A stretch of 64,000 bases of DNA from an uncultured Faecalibacterium sp. (GCA_934548045.1 CAKTEM010000007.1:57105-121104), one strand, 5' to 3'. Shown: positions 19,051-28,946, counted from the stretch's first letter. Made by a program: numbers and translations. Notes: generated by a model not told the origin, from the letters alone.

Positions 19051-20397
19051 GTGCGTAAAGCGAAACATTCCGCAGGTTTCCGCCTGCATTTTCACTCCGC
19101 AGCCCATGCGAAGCCGGAGTCGGCACGCTCCAAAGCCATCCGGGCGGCGAGCGCGTTTCTGGCGGCAGTCGTGCTGATCTTCAGCGTGTCGGTCTACCCG
19201 GCATCGGCAGCCACCAGCATGTCCTCGCTCCAGAACAAGCTCGACAAGCTTTCCCAGTCCATCACCCAGCACAAGCAGGAGCTTTCCAACGCCAAGAAGA
19301 AAGAGCAGGCGGCGAAGGCTCTGGAATCCGAACTGAAAGAAAAGGTCACGGTCATTCAGGGGCAGATCAGCGTCCTGAAAAGCCAGATCGCTGATGTCCA
19401 GAACAGCATCGGCGTGAAGGAGCAGGAGATCGCCGCCAAGAAAGAGGAGATTTCCCAGAAGGAAGACGAGATCGCCCAGAAAGAGGTCGAGATCGCCGAC
19501 CAGTGGGATAACTTCAAACAGCACATGGCTGCGATGCAGGAACTCCGCGACGGCGGTACGGTCGCAATGCTCTCTTCGGTCAATGACCTGTATGAGCTGC
19601 TGACCTTTAACGAGGTCATGCAGGATATCTCCCTGAAAGATACTGAAATTCTGGATAACATGAAGATCGCCAAAGAGGGCCTTGAAAACGACAAGGTGTC
19701 GCTCGAAAACGATAAGACCCAGTTGGAAGCGGAGCGTGCGACCCTGAAGAGCAAGAAGAGTGAGCTGGACGCCCAGAACACCCAGATGCAGTCCAAGCAG
19801 GGCGAGCTGAATTCCAGCGTAAAGGAAGCCCAGATGAGCGCGGCCGAGGCACAGCAGGCGCAAAAAGATGCGCAGGCAGCCATCGAGTCGGACGAGATGA
19901 ACTATGAGGCCGTCAAAAAGCAGATCCAGAAGCTCATCGCAGAAGCGGCAGCGGCCAAACCGCAGCTGAGCTTTACCGGCTTCATCTGCCCTCTCAAGAG
20001 CTATAAGCGCGTTTCCAGTGAGTACGGCTGGCGCAAGAACCCGGTCACGGGCGTCAACAAGCTGCACGCCGGTATCGACCTTGCGGCCAACGGCGGCACG
20101 CCCATCTATGCGGCCGCAAGTGGTTATGTTCAGGTGGCAGGCTGGTCCAGCGGCGGCTACGGCAACTATGTGATCATCTACCACGGCAAAATGTCCGATG
20201 GCAACGCATACACTACCCTGTACGGACACATGCGGTCGGTGGCAACCTCGGCTGGCAAGTATGTCCAGCAGGGCGAACTCATCGGCTATGTCGGCAGCAC
20301 CGGCAACTCGACCGGCAACCACCTCCACCTCGAGGTCTGGAAGGGCGGCTCGAAGGCGAGTGCTGTCAATCCGAGAAGTTATATCCCATTGAAATAA
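19051..20397 (+). CDS. Coiled-coil M23 family metallopeptidase (EnvC/PcsB-like FtsEX-associated)
   Basis: GTG start with RBS gggaaaggag; signal peptide; long Q/E/K-rich coiled coil; C-terminal M23 LytM domain (HAGIDLAA, GNHLHLEV). Confidence 0.8.
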   Translation: MRKAKHSAGFRLHFHSAAHAKPESARSKAIRAASAFLAAVVLIFSVSVYPASAATSMSSLQNKLDKLSQSITQHKQELSNAKKKEQAAKALESELKEKVTVIQGQISVLKSQIADVQNSIGVKEQEIAAKKEEISQKEDEIAQKEVEIADQWDNFKQHMAAMQELRDGGTVAMLSSVNDLYELLTFNEVMQDISLKDTEILDNMKIAKEGLENDKVSLENDKTQLEAERATLKSKKSELDAQNTQMQSKQGELNSSVKEAQMSAAEAQQAQKDAQAAIESDEMNYEAVKKQIQKLIAEAAAAKPQLSFTGFICPLKSYKRVSSEYGWRKNPVTGVNKLHAGIDLAANGGTPIYAAASGYVQVAGWSSGGYGNYVIIYHGKMSDGNAYTTLYGHMRSVATSAGKYVQQGELIGYVGSTGNSTGNHLHLEVWKGGSKASAVNPRSYIPLK

Positions 20398-20436
20398 CCC
20401 TCACTGTTGTTTGTTACAAAGGAGGCCGTCTGGCTT

Positions 20437-20544
20437 ATGAACGACAAAAAACGCAAGCATCTGCTGCAAATCGGCTGTCTGCTGCTGGCAGGAGTCTTCC
20501 TGCTCTCCCTCATCGGAAGCGTGGCCCTGATGCTGCTGGTCTGA
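20437..20544 (+). CDS. Small hydrophobic membrane protein (35 aa)
   Basis: ATG preceded by aaaggagg; MNDKKRKHLLQIGCLLLAGVFLLSLIGSVALMLLV; sits between the M23 peptidase and ctpA. Confidence 0.35.
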   Translation: MNDKKRKHLLQIGCLLLAGVFLLSLIGSVALMLLV

Positions 20545-20560
20545 CGGAAGGAGCAAAGCA

Positions 20561-21955
20561 ATGAACCGTAAAGTTTCGGTCGGAATGATGGTGACCATCG
20601 TCATTCTGGCAATCACTGTGACCTTTTCCATCACCATGCTGGCGGCGATGCGGCTGTTTGACAGCACCGTTACCAGTGTCAAGGAAAAGGAGAGCATGTA
20701 CAATAAGATCGCCGAGGTCGACCGGTATGTGCGCAGCAACGACTACTATACCATCGACGAGACGACGCTGTACGACCGCCTGACGGCCGGCTATCTGCTG
20801 GGTACCGGCGACAAGTACGCCCGGTATTACACCGCCACCGCCTATGCCGAGCTGCTGGACACCCAGAACGGCACCCGGATGGGTATCGGCGTGGAACTGG
20901 GCATCAACCAGTCCGGCTATGCCAAGGTCACCAAGGTCTACGATGACTCTCCGGCACAGGAGGCAGGTATCAAGGTCGGCGATTACATCACGGCCATCGA
21001 CGGCACCGATGTCAAGAGCCTGTCCAATGTGGACGCTGTGCAGGCCCGTCTCCGCGGCGAGGCCGGTACGACGGTCAATGTGACCTGGCTGGACAGCGAG
21101 GCGGCAGAGCATACCGCTGACCTGACCCACTCCGGCTACACCTCCACCACCGTGGATTACCAGATGCTGCAGGACAACGTGGGTTACATCAAGATCCGCC
21201 AGTTCGACGGCACCACGCCCAGCGAGCTGGACTACGCCATCCGCAGCCTGACGAACAACGGTGCGCTGAGCCTTGTCTTCGACCTGCGTGATAACGGCGG
21301 CGGCCTCCTTGAGGATGCCATCACCTGCATCGACCTCATTGTGCCCGAAGGCACGCTGGCCTACGCCGAGGATAAGAACGGCAACCAGACCCTTCTGGGC
21401 AGCAGTTCCTCGGATACCACCGTTTCGCTCCCCATCGTCTGCCTTGTCAACGGCAACACCGCAAGCGCGGCAGAACTGTTCGCAAGCAGTCTGCGCACCC
21501 TGAATGACGCAAAGCTGGTCGGCACCACCACGATGGGCAAAGGCACCATCCAGAGCAGCCCTCAGCGTCTGTCGGATGGCAGCGCAGTCGTCGTCACGGT
21601 GGCAAAACTGGTCTGCGGCGACGGTTCCAGCTTTGATGGAACCGGCCTGTCGGTGGATGTGGACCGTCCGCTGACTGCCGACGAGCAGAACGCTTACTAT
21701 GATTACACCGTGGACACCGACCCCCAGATCCAGCGCGCGGTCAGCACCGCCCAGCAGATGAGCGGTACGACCACCGTCGGCGGCGTGAACGACGCGGCCA
21801 ACAGCGACGCTGCGTCCAGTGAAGCAGCCGATGGCGAGAACGCTGAAAGCGACACCACTTCCGAAAGCGAATCCACCGATGCAGCCTCCAGCGAGGAGAC
21901 GGCGGAGAGTGAAGCAGCATCGGAAGAAGCGGCGTCTTCTTCGGAAGCATCCTAG
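20561..21955 (+). CDS. ctpA: Carboxyl-terminal processing protease (S41 family) with PDZ domain
   Basis: N-terminal TM, PDZ (GIKVGDYITAIDG) and S41 motifs (DLRDNGGG, catalytic Ser in NGNTASAAE, K in TMGKGT); acidic C-terminal tail. Confidence 0.85.
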   Translation: MNRKVSVGMMVTIVILAITVTFSITMLAAMRLFDSTVTSVKEKESMYNKIAEVDRYVRSNDYYTIDETTLYDRLTAGYLLGTGDKYARYYTATAYAELLDTQNGTRMGIGVELGINQSGYAKVTKVYDDSPAQEAGIKVGDYITAIDGTDVKSLSNVDAVQARLRGEAGTTVNVTWLDSEAAEHTADLTHSGYTSTTVDYQMLQDNVGYIKIRQFDGTTPSELDYAIRSLTNNGALSLVFDLRDNGGGLLEDAITCIDLIVPEGTLAYAEDKNGNQTLLGSSSSDTTVSLPIVCLVNGNTASAAELFASSLRTLNDAKLVGTTTMGKGTIQSSPQRLSDGSAVVVTVAKLVCGDGSSFDGTGLSVDVDRPLTADEQNAYYDYTVDTDPQIQRAVSTAQQMSGTTTVGGVNDAANSDAASSEAADGENAESDTTSESESTDAASSEETAESEAASEEAASSSEAS

Positions 21956-22250
21956 CCCTCTCAGGCAAAGCCTGTCGGCTTTGCCAGCTCTCCCAGGGGG
22001 GAGAGCCATTGGCAGGCCGGGTAGGTTCTGAGCAAGTCGAAAAAGTCTAATTGAAGTTTTAAAGCGTGGGCCTTGCGGACTGGATTCACGGCAGCTAAGA
22101 TAGTGCATCTTGTTTCGCAGCTGTGAATCTGGATAGCAGGGCCCACTTGTTTGTGTAACAGATAGCTTTGTTCAGTCAGTTGCAAGTCAACCGATTCGCC
22201 AGTGGCTCTCCCTTTGGGAGAGCTGTCGAGCGGATGCGAGACTGAGAGGG
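21955..22250. repeat. Full-length copy of CCCTCTCAG-TIR intergenic element (copy B)
   Basis: 296 bp; its first G completes the ctpA TAG stop; left gccctctcag, right ctgagagggc followed by TA; internal blocks collinear with copy A. Confidence 0.75.
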
Positions 22251-22273
22251 CTATACAGGAAAGGAAGGAATCT

Positions 22274-23134
22274 ATGCCGGAGCTGACGGACCTCTCGGTC
22301 ATCCGCAACCTCTGCGAAAAATACGATTTTGCCCTCTCGAAAGGGTTCGGGCAGAACTTCATCATCAACCCGGGGCTTCCCATCAAAATTGTCGACGCCA
22401 GCGGCGTGGACAAACGCTATGGCGTGATTGAAATCGGCCCGGGCATCGGCGTTCTGACAAAGGAGCTGGCCAAGCGTGCGGCGAAGGTCGTCTCCATCGA
22501 AGTCGATGAACGTCTGCCGCCCCTGCTGGCCGAAACGATGGCCGGAGTGGATAATTTCAAGCTGGTATTACAGGATGTGTTGAAGGTCGACCTGAAAGCC
22601 CTCATCGAAGAGGAGTTCCCTGGGATGCCGGTGGCGGTCTGCGCCAACCTGCCCTATTACATCACCAGCCCCATCGTCATGAAGCTGCTGGGCGACCGGC
22701 TCCCCATCGAGAGCCTGACCGTCATGGTACAGAAGGAAGCGGCCGACCGTCTGGCGGCGGCACCCGGCACCCGGGCATCCAGTGCCATCAGCTGCGCCGT
22801 CAGTTACTACGCAACCAGCAAGATGATGTTCACGGCGGCACCGGGCAGCTTCTACCCGGCCCCCAAGGTCACCAGCGCGGTCGTCCGGATGGATATCCGC
22901 CCCACCCCTGCGGTGCAGGTCGAGGACGAGGACGGCTACTTTGCCCTCATCCGCGCGGCCTTCGGTCAGCGTCGTAAGACCGCGGCCAACGCCATCGCAG
23001 GCGGCTTGAATCTGCCTAAGGATAAGGTCATCGCCGCTATCGAAGCCGCCGGTTTCGATGCCCGTATCCGCCCCGAAGCCCTCACCCTCGAGGATTTCGC
23101 CAAAGTGCAAAAGGCGATGAAGGAACAGATGTAA
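22274..23134 (+). CDS. rsmA: 16S rRNA (adenine1518/1519-N6)-dimethyltransferase
   Basis: KsgA/RsmA motifs (GQNFI, VIEIGPGIGVLT, NLPYYITSPI); RBS aaggaagg before ATG 22274. Confidence 0.85.
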   Translation: MPELTDLSVIRNLCEKYDFALSKGFGQNFIINPGLPIKIVDASGVDKRYGVIEIGPGIGVLTKELAKRAAKVVSIEVDERLPPLLAETMAGVDNFKLVLQDVLKVDLKALIEEEFPGMPVAVCANLPYYITSPIVMKLLGDRLPIESLTVMVQKEAADRLAAAPGTRASSAISCAVSYYATSKMMFTAAPGSFYPAPKVTSAVVRMDIRPTPAVQVEDEDGYFALIRAAFGQRRKTAANAIAGGLNLPKDKVIAAIEAAGFDARIRPEALTLEDFAKVQKAMKEQM

Positions 23135-23218
23135 GGGCCTGCTGAGATAACAGAACAACAGAAAATCACCCCGTTTGCCGGGCAACAGAAGGTTGCTGAC
23201 AGACGGGGTGATTTTCTG

Positions 23219-24523
23219 TTATGCAGAGATCTCTTTCATCAGGTAGGCGATGCGAGTTGTGCTGTCTTCTTCTCGTATCGTTTCACCGGTGCGCAGGGAT
23301 TGGAGCAGATGGATCGCAGGCAGGTAACAGGCCTTGGCGGCACAGGTCAGGTAGCTGATGGCAAGCGGAGTGTCACAGGGCAAATACTCTCCGATCAGGA
23401 GAGCTATCCCGAGGTAGTAACATGCGCTCGGCGAGCCTAACCGGGAAGCATACCTCAGGTTTTTAAACCGTTCGTCCGACTCAGAAGTGATCAGAGCAAG
23501 CAAGAGATAACGGCGCGAATCGGTGGTGGGCAGCCGCTCCGCCAACCGTTTGGCGTCATTCAATTCGCCGCGCTGAAAAGCGAGAAGGGCTCTTCTGGCT
23601 CTTCTGGCATCGCTGCGCAGCTGTTCCGGGTCAGTGGTTGTCAGCAGTTTCTGAAATGCTTTTGCCGCCTGTGCCGCAGAGATACGCAGAACGGGGTTTT
23701 TCCGCAGCATCTTGAGGAGCAGGGAATACAGTGCGTCACTTTGCGTTTTTACCAAGGCGAGACAATGGTCGATTTCACGATTCAGTTCATTTTCGTCCGC
23801 GATATAAAGATACCTTCCGGTGAAGAGTTCGAGCACTGTTATTGCGAGCGAATACACGTCACCTTTGCCCGGGATACACAGCTTGTGGCGGAGTCTTTCG
23901 GGTGGGATATGCCCGGGAGCGCCGATGATGGTTTGGGCTTCTCCTGGAACTACCTCCTTCGATGCGCCCAAATCGGCGAGAACGATTTCAAACGTGCCGT
24001 CATTGTTTTTGCGAACCAGAAGATTGGGCGGCTTGATGTCTCTGTATTCGCAGTGACTTGTTTCCAAAAACTGGATGGCACAGGAAATGGTGTATCCAAC
24101 CTGAACAGCCAACTTCTGCGCAGACAGGCCCATTTCGGCAGATGCATGCTCCAATGAAGTCAGCTGCTCTTCGATAAAAATATAGACCTGCCCCGTTTTG
24201 GATGCGTTTTCCGGCATATAGACACGAGCGTCCAGCAGAGTCGGAAAAAACCGCGATGATGAGAACTTTTTTAGATGTTCCAGCTCTCGCTTGGCGTTAC
24301 GCAGCATGATCTCACGGTAGTGGGCAGCTCCGGCGTTGTCCAAGTGCACCTCAGGTGGAGGGTCGATCGCAATCATCTTGCACACTGCCGGTTGGCTTGT
24401 ATTTCTCAAAACCCAGACCGAGCCTTGTCCGCCTCCGCCAAGATAATCCGCTAATTCGTAGGAACAGTCAGGAAAGGCTTCGTGCAGTACATAGGCGGCC
24501 TGTTGGTCTGTCAAGTGTCTCAT
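23219..24523 (-). CDS. Hanks-type Ser/Thr protein kinase, cytoplasmic, with C-terminal Sel1/TPR-like repeats (no PASTA, no TM)
   Basis: G-loop LGGGGQGSVW, catalytic K in AVCKMI, catalytic loop YRDIKPPNLLV, DLG (DFG-like), PPE; C-terminal 150 aa with Sel1-like A.YYLG....G...D...A..Y...AA..G periodicity. Confidence 0.75.
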   Translation of the reverse strand: MRHLTDQQAAYVLHEAFPDCSYELADYLGGGGQGSVWVLRNTSQPAVCKMIAIDPPPEVHLDNAGAAHYREIMLRNAKRELEHLKKFSSSRFFPTLLDARVYMPENASKTGQVYIFIEEQLTSLEHASAEMGLSAQKLAVQVGYTISCAIQFLETSHCEYRDIKPPNLLVRKNNDGTFEIVLADLGASKEVVPGEAQTIIGAPGHIPPERLRHKLCIPGKGDVYSLAITVLELFTGRYLYIADENELNREIDHCLALVKTQSDALYSLLLKMLRKNPVLRISAAQAAKAFQKLLTTTDPEQLRSDARRARRALLAFQRGELNDAKRLAERLPTTDSRRYLLLALITSESDERFKNLRYASRLGSPSACYYLGIALLIGEYLPCDTPLAISYLTCAAKACYLPAIHLLQSLRTGETIREEDSTTRIAYLMKEISA

Positions 24524-24534
24524 TGATATTCCTC

Positions 24535-25251
24535 CTATTTTTCTACCTGTATTTTGATAACCGTGCAGTTGTCTGAATAGCGTCTGAGCGTGGACAGCTG
24601 AACGATTTGTTTTACGCTCAGGTTAAAACGCAGAGCCAAAGCGAGCATTTTTTCACGCATGATGCCATCGGACGCAAGCAGGATGACATCTCCGGGCTGT
24701 ATATCGAGTGTACCATAAACAAACTCTGGTTCTCGAAAAGTTCCGGCATAAGCGAGAAGCCGGTTGCCATCATGCATCGGTTTAAAAAGAGGGTGGAGCG
24801 TGTGTTTCCTGTATAAAAGGAGTGGGGAGTCACCGATGCAACAAAAGTGCATTTTATTATTTTTCAATGCGATGGCACTGATCGTTGTTGCGGTTGCAAT
24901 ACAGCCGAAAGAGCGATTTAGAGCGGAGAGCTTTTCGCTGGCATCGGAACAGGCATTTGCGATCTTTTGCTTTACAATTTCAGGGTCACTCATGTCGCCG
25001 CACCAGTCTTCTTTCGTGTAAAATGAACGCTGGACTTCGGATGCGGCCATGTTTGAACCTAATGCGGCATGAGAACAACTGCCTACACCGTCACAGACCC
25101 CCAAAACGATGGGCTCTGCATCTGTGTCGAGAATCACAGGCGATACAGTCTGTTCCGGGGCGGCGTCGATGGGCCGTTCGCCCAAGAAAAACACATCATC
25201 CTGACTGGCACGGCTTCCCTTGCTGGTGGCAGCTTCGATTTTAAGCTTCAT
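24535..25251 (-). CDS. PP2C-family Ser/Thr phosphatase
   Basis: 238 aa, metal-binding motifs DDVFF, GVCDGVGS (DGxGG-like), LLASDGI; ATGA overlap with upstream PBP gene stop. Confidence 0.75.
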   Translation of the reverse strand: MKLKIEAATSKGSRASQDDVFFLGERPIDAAPEQTVSPVILDTDAEPIVLGVCDGVGSCSHAALGSNMAASEVQRSFYTKEDWCGDMSDPEIVKQKIANACSDASEKLSALNRSFGCIATATTISAIALKNNKMHFCCIGDSPLLLYRKHTLHPLFKPMHDGNRLLAYAGTFREPEFVYGTLDIQPGDVILLASDGIMREKMLALALRFNLSVKQIVQLSTLRRYSDNCTVIKIQVEK

Positions 25252-26633
25252 ACGATATTTTTCTCCTCTTCTAAAATATAGTTGATGAATTCTGCAGCGA
25301 TTGGCTTCAATTGGTTGGACGAGCCATCGACGTTTTCTCGGGAAATTGCACCGGCAAATCGCCTTCCGCTGGGGCTTTGCAATGCAAATGCGAGAAAAAC
25401 ATTTGATTTATCGCTGTTTTCTTTTGTTGCTGTGCCTGTCTTGGCGACAACGATGCCGCCGGGAACGCTCAGATGATAACCAGCGGCGGTCTCTGCCAGT
25501 GCCTGAAGCAACTGTTGCCGAACAACGTCGTCTGGGAGAGCTGTGCTGAGACTGTTGCCGCCATCCTCATGATGGACGACAAGACCGCTCTCCCGTGTGA
25601 CTTGCTGCACCATAAAAGGCTGGGTCATCTGCCCTTCCGGATGCAGGACGCTGCCGAGCATAAGGGCCATGTGCAGCGGCGAAGTCTGAACCGCTCCTTG
25701 ACCTATACAAAGCTGACTCCAACCCCCGATATCGTCTGGATCAAAAATGATTCTCGGATTTAATGTTGCTCCCCAGTCCAAGACGACAGTTTTATTGTAA
25801 CAAAATTCTTCGAGCGTTCTTAAAAAACATTCACTCCCGACGCGAGGTGTCATGTCGGCTGCGTATGTGTTTACGCTCTTCACAAGCATGGTTTTAAGCC
25901 CCATGTCGCCATACACCGAATGACCGGCGTTCTGGATTCCTGTTTGTGAGACCCCGGTATCTGTGTAATTTTGGGGAATGTTTGACGAGATGATCGCCGC
26001 AGCATCGACAACTTTTTGCACGCTGCCGGGTTGAAGACAGCATGTCGTCGAAGGAGGATACCAGAAGTTTGGCTGATTATTGTACGCTGCCATTTTGTCT
26101 GCGGTGATGCCGTTTGCGTTAAATTCTACAGTTTCGCTGGGGCGGTCGGCCAATGTGATAACGGCTCCGGAATCGACATCGAGAAGAATGACGGAACTCC
26201 GATACCCGGCGGTCAGTCCATACGCTTTTCGTTGAAGATTTGCACAAATTGTCGTTGTCAGAGTGGAACCGTGTCCGTGAGCTTTCTCCGCATAACAGAG
26301 TTCATTTTCATACAGCTTTCGCAGCCCAGCCAGGCCAAAACTCTTGGAACGGTAGCCGCAGATGTTCGTGTAGCTGTTATCAAGAACCATTGCCGGATAA
26401 CCCTCCTGAGAGGCTTGTGTAAAGGGCGTGCCGTCTGCGGCAGTAATGATACCCTCATAACTTTGGCCTCGGAGCTGTTCGCGTGCGTATGCGTTTTTCC
26501 GTGCGTCCACGGCAGGGTCTGCACCCGGAAAGAGTCCGCTCTGCTTGATGGTAGTAAAGCCCAATCCAATTGTAGCGGCCATGGAACTGAGAGCAAGGAG
26601 AAAGGCTCTTCTGGAAAAATATTCATTCTTCAT
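25248..26633 (-). CDS. Penicillin-binding protein (class-B-like transpeptidase domain, membrane/Tat-like anchored)
   Basis: SxxK (SVQK), SxN (SVN) and KTG (AKTGTA) motifs in order; N-terminal RRAFLLALSSMAATIGLG anchor; preferred start MKNEYF at 26633 (GAGG 9 nt upstream), alternative ORF-track start 26729. Confidence 0.7.
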   Translation of the reverse strand: MKNEYFSRRAFLLALSSMAATIGLGFTTIKQSGLFPGADPAVDARKNAYAREQLRGQSYEGIITAADGTPFTQASQEGYPAMVLDNSYTNICGYRSKSFGLAGLRKLYENELCYAEKAHGHGSTLTTTICANLQRKAYGLTAGYRSSVILLDVDSGAVITLADRPSETVEFNANGITADKMAAYNNQPNFWYPPSTTCCLQPGSVQKVVDAAAIISSNIPQNYTDTGVSQTGIQNAGHSVYGDMGLKTMLVKSVNTYAADMTPRVGSECFLRTLEEFCYNKTVVLDWGATLNPRIIFDPDDIGGWSQLCIGQGAVQTSPLHMALMLGSVLHPEGQMTQPFMVQQVTRESGLVVHHEDGGNSLSTALPDDVVRQQLLQALAETAAGYHLSVPGGIVVAKTGTATKENSDKSNVFLAFALQSPSGRRFAGAISRENVDGSSNQLKPIAAEFINYILEEEKNIV

Positions 26634-28047
26634 TTTTTGTACCTCGTTTATAAAAGAATCGCGGCGTAGCTGGTGCAATATCCGACGACGAAGCCAGTAA
26701 AATACCAGATAAAAAGAACGTACAAACAAGAGAAGTTCCGCCGAGGCTCAGGAATGGACATGTCAGACCCATGATAGCGCCGATCCCCAGAGCAGAAAGG
26801 CTATTCAGAAAGAAGTGCGCTTCTATCGTTATGATACAACCCAGACTCAAAACACCGGGAAAGCTTGGACGGCTGATGTTTACCAAAGCCCAGAGCAAAA
26901 GAGCAAAGAAGACGAGCAGGAGAACAATGAAAAAGGCGTAGCCGAATTTTCTGATAGTAGTTACGATTATGAAATCGTTCCTGGCTGCTGGAACAAAGAC
27001 CTCGCTGTCCGTGCCAAACCAACCGCTTAACAACAGACTCTTGCGAGCAGCATCGAGTTGATAGGTGTCTGTTGCCTGCGAAGGGTCGATACGGGTGATA
27101 ACTTTAGTGTAGATGAGACTGCCGAGCCGAAAAAAACCACGGCCGCCAAGCTGCGAACAGACCTTGCAAACCAAGTAGCCAGCATATACACCGAAGCCCA
27201 TGACGGCACAGCCTAGGGTGGGCCATCTTAACTGGCGAACAGACAGGAAGAGAATACAGATGGATGTGAAAAGAATCAGGACAGCCGTTGAAAGCTCATT
27301 CACACAGGCGAGAAAAACCATGTGCAGAGCCACCGTCTCGAAAGCGATGAGGGTTCGTTGCTTGTCGCTCTTTTCCGGCATGGTACAAGCTCGCGCGACG
27401 GAAATCACAGAGAGAAGCCGGGTCACTTCTGTCAATTGGAGACTGGTACTCCCAATATAGACCCAGTTTTTTGTTCCATGGCTGGCCGGCATCAGAAACA
27501 AAACTCCGTACATGAGAGAGGAAAGGGTGTTCAGAAGCCTTACACTGCAGCGAGGTTCGAGCCGGGATAAATAGAAATAACTAATCGCGCCGACCAGACC
27601 GGCACCAGTAGCAGCGAAATGATGACGGAGCAATTCAGCTGCCGTTGAGGTGTCCAGCGAGGTCTGGATCATCAGACCGGCGACAACAAGGATAAAAACC
27701 AAACGAAAAGCGATGAAATCCACGTTATAAATTGCAGCTAAAATAGCAGCTGTGAGAGCCAATGGGAGCAGGTAACGGAGCATCACAAGATATACACTTC
27801 CTGCCCAAACACTGCATTTAAAGACCAGCGCACCGCCGAGGGCATAAGCTGCAAGGACAAAAATCATGTTTCGGAAGATATTGTGCCGAACCTTTTTTGC
27901 GAGAAGCTTCCGGATGATATAAATAGGCTGCTCCCACAGCCCGTGGAAAAGAAACCGGATCAGCTCGGAAAGTGCGAGCCTGAGGTCTTTCATGAACTGG
28001 CAAAACCATTGTGCTGCCAGTTTTGCAAAGGCAGTGAGAGCAGCCAT
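26623..28047 (-). CDS. SEDS-family peptidoglycan glycosyltransferase (RodA/FtsW/SpoVE-like)
   Basis: 474-aa polytopic (about 10 TM) protein with FtsW/RodA family sequence and a large extracytoplasmic loop near the C-terminus; 11-bp overlap with the PBP start. Confidence 0.75.
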   Translation of the reverse strand: MAALTAFAKLAAQWFCQFMKDLRLALSELIRFLFHGLWEQPIYIIRKLLAKKVRHNIFRNMIFVLAAYALGGALVFKCSVWAGSVYLVMLRYLLPLALTAAILAAIYNVDFIAFRLVFILVVAGLMIQTSLDTSTAAELLRHHFAATGAGLVGAISYFYLSRLEPRCSVRLLNTLSSLMYGVLFLMPASHGTKNWVYIGSTSLQLTEVTRLLSVISVARACTMPEKSDKQRTLIAFETVALHMVFLACVNELSTAVLILFTSICILFLSVRQLRWPTLGCAVMGFGVYAGYLVCKVCSQLGGRGFFRLGSLIYTKVITRIDPSQATDTYQLDAARKSLLLSGWFGTDSEVFVPAARNDFIIVTTIRKFGYAFFIVLLLVFFALLLWALVNISRPSFPGVLSLGCIITIEAHFFLNSLSALGIGAIMGLTCPFLSLGGTSLVCTFFLSGILLASSSDIAPATPRFFYKRGTKNEE

Positions 28048-28082
28048 TTTTCAATCAACTCCTAAAATTTGTAATGTGTTTC

Positions 28083-28946
28083 TCAGTGACGTGCCTGCAT
28101 ACCGACAGCGTTGTTGTTCTCACTCTTGGGAGCGGCGGACGGCAACGGTTCGTCTAAGATAATGCTTTCGCCACGCTTGTCTGAAAAATCAATAATAATC
28201 GGATTCCCGTTATTTTCAGCATACTTGTGATTGATCGACAAGGCCAAAGGGAGTCCGTTCACATAGAACACCGGCTCGTGGCAATATTCGGTAATACTGG
28301 AGACTTCAATATCCTTCGTTGTGTCGTAGGGCCGGAGATCCGGTTTGTGGTTCGAGCCTATGTCCTGCCGAATCACATTAGAGGAAGAAAAACGCAGGTA
28401 AAATTTTTTGTCGGTAATATCACGGAAGAGATAGATGGGGGTCGTGAGGTTCTTTGCCAATGCACCACAATTGTAGCGAGAGAGCGTGATCTCCTGCTTG
28501 CAGTGGGGGTCCTGCTTGGTCATCTTCAAATTATGGTAAGAGATAGAAATGAAATCTCCCGGATTCAGGTTGCCGTCGTTGAGTTCAATGATAGTGCGAT
28601 GTTTTTTGTAATCGAAGACATTCAGCAGATACCTCCCGTAGGCTTCGGGCTGGATGGGCTGGCGAGGTTCTTCATCGTAGTCATACGGTGCATCCGGGGT
28701 GTCGTCAGAAGTGTCATCGCTGCTGTCCAGAACGAGATCCTTCAGCTTGTTAAAAAAATTCTGGAACAGGCTCTGGATACTGAAATCTGCGCTAGACTTA
28801 CGATGCTTTTCGAGAAAGATTACAAAAATTACTGCAACAACAATCACCAAAAACAGCTGGAAGAGGGTCATGCCGGCACCGGAGCTGCTGCGTGCGGCGG
28901 TCTCCGTGATGGAAGAAGCGGTGGATTCGATACTGGAAGCGTCCAT
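28083..28946 (-). CDS. Hypothetical single-pass membrane protein with acidic linker and about 180-aa C-terminal domain (first gene of kinase/PBP operon)
   Basis: TM helix LFQLFLVIVVAVIFVIFL, D/S-rich linker (SSDDTSDDTPDAPYDYDEE), C-terminal globular region; no recognisable family. Confidence 0.5.
   Translation of the reverse strand: MDASSIESTASSITETAARSSSGAGMTLFQLFLVIVVAVIFVIFLEKHRKSSADFSIQSLFQNFFNKLKDLVLDSSDDTSDDTPDAPYDYDEEPRQPIQPEAYGRYLLNVFDYKKHRTIIELNDGNLNPGDFISISYHNLKMTKQDPHCKQEITLSRYNCGALAKNLTTPIYLFRDITDKKFYLRFSSSNVIRQDIGSNHKPDLRPYDTTKDIEVSSITEYCHEPVFYVNGLPLALSINHKYAENNGNPIIIDFSDKRGESIILDEPLPSAAPKSENNNAVGMQARH

Noticed and set aside
28083-28946. FHA domain (FhaA/FhaB analogue) in the 287-aa first gene of the kinase operon
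   Set aside because: The canonical FHA G-R...S-R-x-H...N-G pattern is not identifiable. Only a vague S.N...VNG resemblance exists, so the protein is left as hypothetical.
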